Origin: Octopus sinensis
Taxonomy: Eukaryota
Reading direction: 5' to 3'
Assembly (NCBI RefSeq): GCF_006345805.1
Contig: NC_042997.1
Coordinates: 128,216,001-128,280,000, forward strand
DNA: 64,000 bases
Translations under genes and position numbers: made by a program
Notes under the pieces: generated by a model
Seen by the model: the letters and a program-made list of their open reading frames with translations, nothing else
Database searches by the model: none
Told to the model about the DNA's origin: nothing
Shown: piece by piece, positions 52,261 through 64,000 of the stretch
How positions within the stretch are numbered: position 1 is the first letter of the stretch
How the letters are laid out: the number at the start of each line of letters is the position of its first letter

Positions 52261-52863
52261 AGTAGATGGAATGACAAATGAGATCACCATACAGTCATCT
52301 ATTGCATAACTGGATTATAGTGATAGACGTTTGTACAAAACAAGTACCACTCTCTGAGTCTCCGTGACTAGTAACTAGGGACAGACTAAAGTGAGACGAC
52401 CATTAATCACGTGAAACCGTTATTATTTTTTAGCGTTAGAAAAATGGCACACTTGCCTGATAAAATAGCAAATATATATTTAACATATGAGATGCATAGA
52501 CTGTCTTTAAATGGAGAGATCTGGATGACTTATTACATACATGGTGTGAAAAAAAAATACAACTATATTGCTCAAGAAAGCAAAAGAACCGAACATTTTA
52601 ACCATCTTCTTGACACATTCTTCAAAAAATTTCCATACCGGGTATCACAAATGCAACAAACTCGTAACTGTTCCTTTCGTTTTGTACTTTTATTAAGAAA
52701 GTATAAGAGCTTAATAAAAAGTCTTCCAGATCGAAACCACATACACTGCTAAATTTGGTTGCAACAAATCTAACGGTATTTTAGGTGGGGTTTTGGAATA
52801 GCTGTTACTATATTTCTGAGAAGGAAAAGGGCACGGAATTGTTTCAAAGTCGAAATCCTACAG

Positions 52864-52948
<85 letters not shown>

Positions 52949-53083
52949 ATAAAAACATTTTGTGCCCTTTCCTTTCCACGTGATGTAGGGAGTAGCTATT
53001 CAAAAACTTCCCCATATTACGTATGAAATGACAACGTAAAGTGATTGATTATGCATGAAGCGGACTTGTTTAAACGAAGCCTA

Positions 53084-53118
<35 letters not shown>

Positions 53119-53877
53119 GTGTGTGTGTGTGTGTGTGTGTGTGTACACACATACTTCGGAATGAGCCGTAGCACAGGGTTCTGTTCAAAGGATGTGGAAC
53201 ACAAGAGGCGTCGCTTCACAAAGGGAGCAACGAACCCAGATAAAAATATCGTTAAATGTGGTGGAATTTCTAAAATGAAGGCATTTTCAGTGAAATGTAT
53301 GAAAGCACAAAGAATTAGCGAATACTGGAGATTTCTGCATAATGCGGGAAAATGGATAAGCCATTATGTATGTGTATGTATGTATTATATATATTATATA
53401 TATTTATATATATATATTATATATTCACATATACGCACATACATACACACGTATGTATATATGCATGTCTGTGTGTGGTATGTGTACAACACACATGCAC
53501 ATATAAATGTATGTTCCTTCTTCGTTTTATTTTTGCCTATTTCTGACTAATGGCGACAGCTACGGTTTCTAACCTAAGAAATAAGACTCATTCATTGAAA
53601 TTTATGCAACATCAGAGTAATCTTGTGCGTATGTATGTGTGTGTGTCTGCGTATGTGAATATATATGCATATACATATGTGCACACGTACACATGGGCGT
53701 AAGCATAGATATCGTTGCATAAGAGATTGAAAAGATCCTTAGTGGATGTATGTATATCTATACACGCACGCACACTCACACACATAAATGTTTATATTTA
53801 TATACATGCGTTTAGTGTGTATGTGTATGCATATAAATGGAACGCTAAGACACTTGAAAATAAAACAAAGTATACAT

Positions 53878-54250
53878 AGGCGCACGAGTGGTTGTGTGGT
53901 AAGTAGCTTGCTTACCAACTACATCGTTCCGGGTTCAGTCCCACTCTGTGACAACTTGGGCAGGTGTCTTCTACTATAGCCTCGAGCCGACTAAAGCCTT
54001 GTGAGTAAATTTGATAAAGTGGAAGAAGCCTGTCGTATATATATATATATATGTATAGACAGATACATAGATATGTGTGTCTGTGTTTGTCCACCCACGT
54101 CCAACATCGTATGACAACCCATGCTGATGTGTTTAGGTTCCCGTAACTTAGCGGTTCGGCCAAAGAGAATAAGTCCTGGGGTCGATTTGTTCGACTAAAG
54201 GCGGTGCTCCAGCATGGCCTCAGTCAAATGACTGAAACAAGTAAAAAATA
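53878..54250 (+). mobile_element. SINE family A, near full length
   Basis: Head, core and tail are all present. Confidence 0.85.
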
Positions 54251-54272
54251 CTGAAATAAATATATGTAATAT

Positions 54273-54570
54273 ATATATCACGTGATCACGTGACCGACCA
54301 GACCATCAGATGTTGTTACACATCGCTGGTCACAATGCGTTCGCATTGTTTTAGCCTTCGAATGACGCCACCCCGCTGGCTAAGCGAGCAGGCCAACAGA
54401 AGAAAGAGTGGTGAAAGAGTACAGCAGGGATCACCACCCCCCTGCCGGAGCCTCGTGGAGCTTTTAGGTGTTTTCGCTCAATAAACACTCACAACGCCCG
54501 GTCTGGGAATCGAAACCGCGATCCTACGACCGCGAGTGCGCTGTCCTAACCAATAGGCCATTGCGCCTCC

Positions 54571-54572
<2 letters not shown>
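54273..54572 (-). mobile_element. tRNA-derived SINE with an RTE-derived 3' tail
   Basis: Head ggaggcgcaatggcctattggttagg...ggtttcgattccc; 3' end matches the tail of the RTE remnant at 43151-43190. Confidence 0.85.
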
Positions 54573-54655
<83 letters not shown>

Positions 54656-54752
54656 TAATATATATATATATTTATTTATTTATTTAAATATATATGCTCT
54701 ATTCAAATGTCACCTGTCTTAAAGTTTTCATAACTTTATATATTATACTATA

Positions 54753-55270
54753 CTAGCAGTATCGCCCGGCGTTGCTCGGGTTTGTAAGGGAAATAACTAT
54801 ATAAGCATTTTTAGAGAGTTACTTCCTTTATAGATGCCAATTCGGGCTTTCTTAGCCATTTCTGTTTTGGTGTCTTCAAGCCATGAAGTCGTTGTTCTAA
54901 AAGAACGCTGGTCTCCTTGACAACGCATTACGACGTTGATTTCCTTAAACTCCCTTCCCCACAGTTTCACGAGGGAGGGAAGAAGGGGGAGAAGAAAAAC
55001 ACAGGTGCAGGTGTTTGAGCGTGGACACCAACTCCGCCGCCATCGACACACGAAAAATTATGCATTAAAATGGAATAAAAAATGATGTTAAATTATTTTT
55101 AAAATCGTAGACTCATCGTAGACGCGCGCTAATAGCCAGACGGGCTAGATATTAATCACGACTATAAGATACCCGGTTTTGGTTAAACTGCACCGCAAAA
55201 TGTGGGAGGAGTTAGGAATCTAAATCGTAGGAGACAGACACTCACACAACTACAGTTTTATATATATAGA
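54753..55270 (-). mobile_element. Non-autonomous Helitron
   Basis: Highly similar to 34754-35259, with the same TC/CTAG termini. Confidence 0.85.
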
Positions 55271-55644
55271 TTTCTGTGTTTGACTTAATTCTATTATGTA
55301 TATCGAAATTTCTTCATGAGCCTTACACGAAAATATATATTTTCACTATATTTGAAGAATATCCATTTATTTTACATATATACCGTGCATGTTTATATAT
55401 GTAGGTGTTGAGGGTGGGGAGTGTGTCCATCAATGACATAATTCATCTTCGTAAAATTATATATTTGCCTTCGCAATAATTCTTTTTCTGCGCCATCGTC
55501 TTAACGAACAACCGTTGACGGCTTCCATGACAAACACAACGTGGTTCTCATGGAATTTTCTTCGGAAAATTCAGAAGCACTTTCCTTTTGTCTTCCTCTG
55601 GGTATACCTTGTGCTTTTTTTCTATATGACACCATCATGTCATC

Positions 55645-55678
<34 letters not shown>

Positions 55679-58600
55679 GTGAGGTGGGGGAAGAGAAGTC
55701 ATCGCAGTATTTGACTAGTACTCCATTTGTTGACCTTCAAATGGATAAAAGGAAAAGCTGACCACGGCGGGGTTTGAATTTACAGCATAGAGAACCAGAA
55801 CAAATATATTGACATTCTGTCCGACGCTCACTTTCTTTTGAGTTTGCTGCCTACGAAATACGATGGGTAACAAGACGAGTCTCAGTTGCAGACGACATGT
55901 TTTAGGCTATATATGGTTGGTCTTCTTTCCGAAAACTATCGTAAGTAATCGCCGTTGAATATCAAAATGACAGAAAAAAAAAGATTGAAATTTTTTTTAA
56001 TATCTTTAAACGTGGAATGAGAGAGAGAAAAAGTGAGGGTGGAGCAGGGGATGGAGGATTCGAAAAGTTGTTTGTGAGGCGGAATCGTCTCGGTCCTCAA
56101 TTCACGGTGGAACTTTGACCGTCCTTTAGCAGCCCTAAATTAAAATTTGCTTCATTGGAAAGACAACTGCATGCGAAAATTATTATCGTCCAGATAAACA
56201 AGGTACTGGACATTAGTTGCAATGCAGCGAGAAGTTTGGACAGTTTTTGATTCAAGAGTACGTGCTTTTGAAATGAAAGTTATTTATGTGTTGATAGGTG
56301 CACTTGCTCCATTAATTTCACATAAGAAACACAGCGACAGTTACTGGCAAAAATGCAGTTGATGCAATTTTGTCAATACTCCATCCGTTACGATTCCTAT
56401 TTTCTTTTAAATCGACCATTTATCGTCGAGATAACTACTGGTGAATGGTGCCGAGAATTTCCCTAAAAAGTATGTATTCTGTTCATCGATTCTACTTTTT
56501 TTCCATTATTCATTTTCTGAATGCTTTATAACATTTTAATACACTTTTGAAATATATTTCTAATTTTAGATTTCATAAAAACAATTAAGAACCGCCGCTT
56601 TTTCTAGTTGAATTTAGGACCGTAAAAGTATGGTCACCCTTGAAAGTATATAGTAATATGCAGAAATTTTTCAAAGGAAAATAAGCAAAATGGAGTTGGG
56701 TAGACATGTCCGCCTGGACATGGTTTAATGTCAATATTTCCACTGTCAGTTTTGTGGTCACGAACCGAAAGAATTCCATGTTTTTTTTCCCTTTCTTTTT
56801 TAGTTTATATGTGTCTGGGGTACCTGTGTATTACTCGTTAACTGTTTGCTATGTACCTTCATCGTCGGTGTCTCCTCGCCGACATTCTGAACATCATCAA
56901 CTCAAAGAGTTGAGAATTGATACAGAATTGATAATAATAATATTAGCCTCACCAAAACACCTCATCGCCAGCAGATCTATGGAGAAAATTATTTAAACAT
57001 TACCATGTTATATCATGAAAAAGATAAACACCATTAACTGTAAATAAACAAAATTTCTTTTAAACTGAAAAAAGTCAGACATGATAATCTATGTACTATA
57101 GTTGAAATTTACGTATATATTTTCACACAAATATTCACGTAGATATACACACACACATATATTTACATACCTACAGATATGTATCTGCGCGTGTGTATAT
57201 GTATATATGTATCAGTATATGTAAATATAGACATGGCTGTACTTCTGTCTATTCTATGATTATTTCTCCAAGGGTATGGGTATAAAAGCGTTGCACTCAC
57301 TGAACTATAAAAGAATACAAATATTACCATGTCATAAAATAGTTATTTTTATTCAGTATACATGTACATGTATGTCTATATGTATCTAGTTATGCGTATT
57401 CTCCCCTAACTTTTTTTCCTCATTAATTTCAGGAAAATGTATAGCCCTGTTTTTTTTTTTTAATGAAATTTTTCTGAAGTCATGAGGAAACAAAGTCCGC
57501 GGGGGGCATGTGTCCATAGAAATAAGAGGAATTGTCAAACTAATGTAAAGATCTGTGTTTCTGATAGGGTAGAATATATCAAATTTAAGTCCCCAGAGCA
57601 TTAATAAAAAAAACATCCACCCACGTACATGCAGGACCAAAGAGAAAAAGTACACAAGGGTTGCATGGTACTCAGAAATATCCTACTTCCTAAGAAAATG
57701 TTTATTCATTTTTGAAGACTATCATTCACGTTTTGGAACAGAGGCCCGAACCTGCTTAGAAGCCTTGAAATCAGTGTCTAGAAGAGGTCTAAACAATCGC
57801 CTGGTGGTAATTGAAACCGACTCCGCGTCAGAAGGAGAGATAATCTCAAGACCCAACACCTAGAATTGACATAACAACGAAGAAACTATCTGGAGACTAG
57901 AGGACAGCTGTCTGTAACATGTTCGTGTCTCAATAGTCTCATAATGCACAGCAATTATACTACCTTGATGCCAAGAGTCAAGGTAATGAGATATATACTG
58001 AGTAGAGAATATGTGTAGTCTATGGTGATTTGCATAATTAAAATAAAAATGAGCCAGGAATAAATTTGAAGAATAAAAATGAATAAAGACATACATACCA
58101 TACAAGATAAATAATCTTGATTTTATTGAAATTATCTTTGTTTCTGAAGTGGATAAAATAATCACCTGGCAGTAACTGGGACCAATTCCGAAAGAGAAAC
58201 AGGAGATAAAAATCAAGAATTGGTCCAATTTTATATATCTGTTTCAAAATTACATAACAATGGCTTATAAACTGTCTACTTTTTCTTCATTTTCGTTATA
58301 TTTGCGCAGTGTACGAATATGTGAGAGTGTATATGTGCATGAATGAGTTGTATTATGTATGAATGTTTGTGGCTGGCAATATATGTATGTGTGTGTGTCT
58401 TCCCAGTTATTCTAAAATCAAACTACCAGCTTCAGGTCACTCGTTCTAGCTCTGACCATGCTGCCTTCTATCATTTTCTGGCATAGAATTCATATTTGGG
58501 ACTACATTACCTAATCAGTCGTTCTGTCCTTTAAGATTGTGGATACGACTTGAGTGAGATTTGGCTTCTATTTCTAGCAGGTCGAGCGACCGACCCTTTT

Positions 58601-60422
58601 GTGCTGTTGTGTTGCTGTTTGTCCGAGGCCGTAGTCGATATTTTGAGAAAACCCCTGTCTTTTACTTAGACACTCTTTAAGAAATTGGTGTTTTCTTTTT
58701 CTTTTAAGTCTTTAAGTGTGAGTTAAAAGAAAATTGGCTGCTATTTCTTGCATGTCGATTGACTACATAGAGGCTCTTCTGTTGATTTGTATTTCTGTTA
58801 TTTGATATGGTCTGTCTCACAAATGTATGCCATTAATACAATGATAGCAATGTAGTGTGTATTGCAGTTCTTATTGTTGTGTAGCTCTAGGTCAACTCTA
58901 ATTGAGAAAAATGATGATGAAAAGCATCTCAGCACCATCTCTTTTTCCAACGAACAATGCAGCCAAGATCACAATACACTATGTACTTATTTTTCTTAAG
59001 ACGGCAGTCTGACTTGAGTGAGATTTGACTACTCTTTCTAGCAGGTCGAGCAAAATTGTTATAGAGTGTCTGAGGCCTTTTAAGTTCTGCTTACAAACTA
59101 TAGTGAGGTCAACTTTGTCTTCCAACCTTTCATAAAGTAAAATACCAGTCAAGTACTGGAGTCGATTTATCTTCCGATAAAACGCCCTGGACGTGAATGG
59201 GTTTCTTAACAGAAGACTAAAGATAAACTCCCGCGCTGGCGCGTGTATATGTGTATGTATATCTGTGTCTGAACATGTGTATATGTTTCTGTGTGTGTGT
59301 GAGAGAGAGAAGGGGGAGTGAAAGAAAAAAAGAGAGAGGGGAGAGAGAGAAAAGGAAAGAGAGAGAGTAAGCTATTTTGTCTGTACGTTTATAAGATATT
59401 TGGTAAATGGTATGTGTGGGGAGTTAAGTAAAAACTTAGGTCTTCCTACCACTTTTGTATGCTTTTCGATATAATATCCATCATTTGTTTAAGACAGTTC
59501 TTAGATGTATCTCTTTATCTCAGCCGGCAGAACTGCTCAAAAGGAGGGGGTAAAAATAACCCTATCACACACACACACAAATACGTATTCAACACGAATA
59601 CATACACACACTCATACACACCTTTTTTTTTCTTTCCTTATACTCCTGTAACTTCCTTCTTGATGTTCTTAATCTATGTCAGAATAAGTCTAATCATTTA
59701 TCCATCTAAAGCTAGAACATTTTGATTGGTTTTACATACTTCTAGCAACATATTCTTCACTTTGTGTCATACCAAGACCATGTTCTTTGAGTTAAAGAAA
59801 GAATTTCACTTTTCTTTTATTGGTATCTTTCTATTATTTTCCTCTACACGAAAATATCTCCAAGTTTCTTTTCTTTCCATCTCAGTTTCTTATCTAGGTT
59901 TCCAGGTTAAATTTATTTTATTTACTTTCTGACGAGAGCAACACTGTCTTTAAAATTCTCTCGATTTTTCTAATAATATTCTGAGACTGTTTATTGTTCA
60001 TGTTACCATCCTTCTGAATTTTTTTAAAAATTATTTTTGAATTTTATTCTGATTTGAAATCACGAAATATTGAAATAATGCTAATTATGACAACAATTAT
60101 TCTCTTGCATAATTTTATTTGTTTTTGTGCATGTAATATTTTTTGGTTTTCAATTATTTTTCATTTTCCGTCGTTGCTTCAAATTTTTTAAAAAATCAGA
60201 ATTTTTTGTAGAGATAGTAATAGAGATGAGTGGGTGAGACAGATAAATAGATACGTAGGAAATAGATAAAAAGGGATAGAGATGTACAGAAAGAGATATA
60301 GATAGATAGATAGGAGTAGATAGATAGATAGATAGATAGGAGTGGAGAGAGAAGAAAGCAAAAAGACACATTTTTGTAATAACCCTTAATGTAACAGAAT
60401 TGGTAAAACTAAGACCTGCTAG

Positions 60423-60830
60423 GGATCTTTTCGGTTTGAACGGCAGTTTTTTCTAGCGGTGTCATGAAATTGTCACCCATAATTATGACCCTAGAATCGA
60501 TCTATTGCATTTCAATCTCTTTTAGGGTTAGGGGTGGGTGAAGGGTATCTTTTTTTCTTCACAAATGTAAATAAACCCAATCTGTTTCTTAAACGAGGGA
60601 CATATTCCTACGGCACAGAATGCTTTTTAATTCAATAGACGTCACTGATTGGTTGAAATTGCAGAAATTGAAGAAAAAAACAACAAATATCTTACAAACT
60701 ATAGAATTATCTCAATAAAGCCAAGAGAAAAAAGATGTTTTATAAACACATTCTACCAGTATACGAAGTTTAAAATTTTTTAGTTACCTAGAAATTATGT
60801 TAAAAACTGCCGTTCAAACCAAAAAGATCC
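60423..60830. mobile_element. MITE with ~30-bp TIRs and a clean TSD, inserted in a family C repeat
   Basis: GGATCTTTTCGGTTTGAACGGCAGTTTT / AAAACTGCCGTTCAAACCAAAAAGATCC; TSD cctgctag at 60415-60422 and 60831-60838. Confidence 0.85.
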
Positions 60831-61407
60831 CCTGCTAGTAATAGCAGCCAAAAATCTCCCTGAAATTACACTCTGTCGTCTGAAAGCACCAGACAGACTC
60901 GTTGGAGACTATATTCCTACATACCCGGATAAGGGCGGATTGGTCACAGTTGGGTGCTTTTAACCATAAGTCTGCTCTACCGGGTTGGGGAGGGCGAAAC
61001 AGCAACTAAATCAATAATAATTTATAACACCACTTCACTACTGTATTTTGTTCTACGTATTCCATGTAAGAAGAGAAAAATTTATATTTCCATAAATATG
61101 ACTAAGTAAATAGAAGAGAAATACCCGAAGTCTTTGGAAACTAGTTGTGACGAATATTTTTTTTCCGTCTCTCTCACACAAAGGGACAGCACCAAAACGT
61201 CACTGTCGTCTGTATCCCACGGCATACGAACTTATTCAAACTCACGAACTTCATTATGTAATTTATTGTCTAAAACTCTGCCATAGACTGTATCTTTTAT
61301 AGAATTCAACGAGAAATTAAATACGTACGAAGGCATCCATAGATCACATCACTAAATACATAGATACTTTGGAACAATAGATATGTTCAATCTATATTCA
61401 GGCTTGT

Positions 61408-61441
<34 letters not shown>

Positions 61442-61490
61442 ACATATAATATATAAATGTATGTGTGTTTGTGTATATATAAAAACAGTT

Positions 61491-61540
<50 letters not shown>

Positions 61541-61678
61541 TATGAACATATAATATATAAATGTATGTGTGTTTATGTATATATAAAAACAGTTTGTGTG
61601 TGTGTATATATATACACATATATATATATATATACACACATATATATGTATGTACATACACACACATGTATATATATA

Positions 61679-61732
<54 letters not shown>

Positions 61733-63282
61733 AGAGATATGTGCACATTAAGTAACTATACCGTTAAATCCATACCATGGTTTCACCATATTAGCATGAA
61801 ATCTTGCAGTGGATTTAATAGTATAGTTACTAAATATAAACGCACCCACATATACCAAACCCTCCATCATTGTGTGTATTAAGCATTGTATTGTTGACAC
61901 ACACAAACATAAAAAATATACACAGCTTATTTATATATAGGTGCAATTGTTTTTACAGCTGGATGTCTTCCCTATCATTACACACTCAGCCGTAAAATGG
62001 AATTTTTTTCTTTCTTTTTGTTCACTTAAGCAAACTGAAGCAAGCAGAGTTTGCAACATAGCGACAGTAGTAAGATCTGAACTTCTGATCATATACTTGG
62101 TAGTCCAACATCTATATGTAGTATGAGTGTATGTAATGTGTGTGTTATATAATGTACTGGTACGGTTGTGTGCTTAAGAAGTTCACTTGCAACCACATGG
62201 TTTCAGGTTCAGTCCCACTGTGCTACACTTTGGACAAGTGTCTTCTACTTCAGACTTGTGAGTTAATTCCGCAGATGGAAAATGTGTGGAAGCCCAGCAT
62301 ATACAAGTGTGTTTGTGCTGGTCTCCCTCCACACCCCTATTGTTGGTTTGTTTATGTCCCCATATATAGCAGTACAATCAGAGACTGACGGAATAAGTAC
62401 CACATTTAAAATAACTTTAGTATTGGAGTTGATTTGTTCCCCTTTCTCTCAGGGTGTATATTTTTCTACCTCACGAAATTTCTCTTGGAGGCTTCAGATG
62501 AAGGTATGATATTGGGAAGATGGATATGTGGATCACACCTTTTTATTTGGCTAGCTACCTGTGTGCCTTAGTATTGCCCAGTCAGAGCTGACCAGGAAGG
62601 TTTCATGCCATGATTTACAACTAGTACATGAGATAATGTGGAAAAGTGCATAGTCAATCAAACTGCAAAATCTAGCAGCCAAATCTCCCTGATAGCACCT
62701 CATTATCTTAAAATGTGACAAACTGAAGAACAGTCTTGGTAATCTTCAAATGGATGGTCACAAGTTGGAATGCTGGGATACGTTATGTTTGAAATAATCA
62801 ATGCCTTTGATTATAGTTCTTCTGAATCAGACTGCTGCTGCTGCTGCTACTACTACTACTACTACTAAATAAATATATAATCTGAACAAGAATTGTAGGT
62901 ATTGAAGCATTTCCTCGTGGATGTTTGTCTTTCTCTTTGATTTTAAGCGAAACGTTCATATTACACAAGACTGCTGACCTTCATAACAATGTACAATTTT
63001 TATTTCCTCTCCCAAACAAGTATGTCAGGGCTTGTGCTAAAATGTATAAATGTACTACTTAACATCAAAAAAATATATTATATATTTACCCCAGGACATT
63101 CCTTCCTGTGTCTACAAAAAACCTGATTAGGCTTCCTCTCATCATATTTCTTATTTCCTATTTTGATATATTAAAACTCCAATGCCTCACTCATTAAAAA
63201 AGAATTCTTTTTGATTTTGAGTTGTCTCCTTGCCTCTATTAATAAGAGAAGTCATACTTACCTTTCATTGATAAATATAGAT

Positions 63283-63502
63283 ATCTATCTATCTATCCGC
63301 TCAGTCGAAGTCGACTCTCGGTCACTTGTTGGATCAGTGTCCTCCAGTCAGTTCTATCCTGGGCCGCTTCTTTCACATTCGCTATGTCCATTCTGGTATC
63401 CCTCTTGATGGTGTCAAGCCAGCGGGTTCTTGGTCGGACTCTTCCTCTCTTGCCACTGACCATTCCGAGCATGATGTCCTTCTCCAGGGATATTCTTCGC
63501 AT
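63283..63502 (-). mobile_element. RTE (BovB-like) LINE 3' end with a (GATA)n tail
   Basis: SLEKDIMLGMVSGKRGRVRPRTRWLDTIK...EAAQDRTDWR...VTESRLRLSG*. Confidence 0.85.
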
Positions 63503-64000
63503 AATATGATATAGTTTTGATTAATTAAATTTATTGTGTTCCTCACTCTAAATATGGTTATTAAGTATTTTTTTAACTTATGCTTGTCACATTACAAACA
63601 TTGTATTGTATATTTAACAAACATTGTATTGTATATAGGTAATGCCTATAACATGTTTTGAACACCTCTTAGTCACATATGTCTTCTAGATATGTGTGTC
63701 ATTATTGGCAGTATTAGCATTATCTATTACATCTAAGGGAGTCTAAAGGCTTTACTATTTCTTTTGTTCAACAGGTGTAGTTATCTTATGCTTTGGGATT
63801 GTAAAGGCATAACCTTCAAAATATGATATGAAGCAAACTGTCATGAGTCCAAGAGAAGGTGTGTTCTCTGTTAATATTGGCACCATTCTCAAGTTTTCGG
63901 GAAACATATCCATGCATAACTTTATGTTGGTATGCAAAGTGTTTCTCCTCCAGGATTTTCTGCTTCTTGTATGTGTGCACATTTGCATCAATGTATGAGC

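Noticed and set aside
53150-53370. Open frame between microsatellites (MSRSTGFCSKDVEHKRRR...)
   Set aside because: No recognisable family and no clear splice signals.
56803-56996. Candidate acceptor tttttag as exon 2
   Set aside because: Splicing in phase 1 from 24029 reaches a stop after about 12 codons.
61440-61620. ~105-bp tandem duplication of TA/TG-rich sequence
   Set aside because: Ordinary slippage or unequal exchange in low-complexity DNA.

Overview
AT-rich, microsatellite-saturated eukaryotic (metazoan) genomic DNA with one 100-N scaffold gap (4512-4611). The SINE families resemble ones I recall from octopus, so a cephalopod source is likely; this is inference and no search was run. 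Nearly all long ORFs in the supplied track are microsatellite artefacts. The only convincing host-gene signal is a + strand first coding exon, MGILNTFWTIVLLVLTLADCTP|G (23963-24029). It looks like a signal peptide, has a phase-1 GT donor, and may carry an in-frame poly-Asn N-terminal extension from ATG 23600. I found no second exon, so the remaining ~40 kb is probably its first intron. The rest is a layered mobile-element landscape: several tRNA-derived SINE families, RTE, I/Jockey-like and REL-endonuclease (R4/Dong-like) LINE remnants, Penelope-like element (PLE) remnants, mariner and piggyBac remnants, non-autonomous Helitrons (one containing a piggyBac transposase fragment) and MITEs. The most notable result is a set of six minimal type I hammerhead-ribozyme motifs in three sequence families (8865, 38298, 38611, 42044, 42138, 48861), probably PLE terminal repeats. 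Two non-identical intact copies covary in helix II, and every copy has a self-complementary helix III (the dimer-type signature). One intact sense-strand copy in the putative intron sits in a ~315-bp near-perfect palindrome with its own antisense copy. Boundaries of degenerate repeats are approximate.
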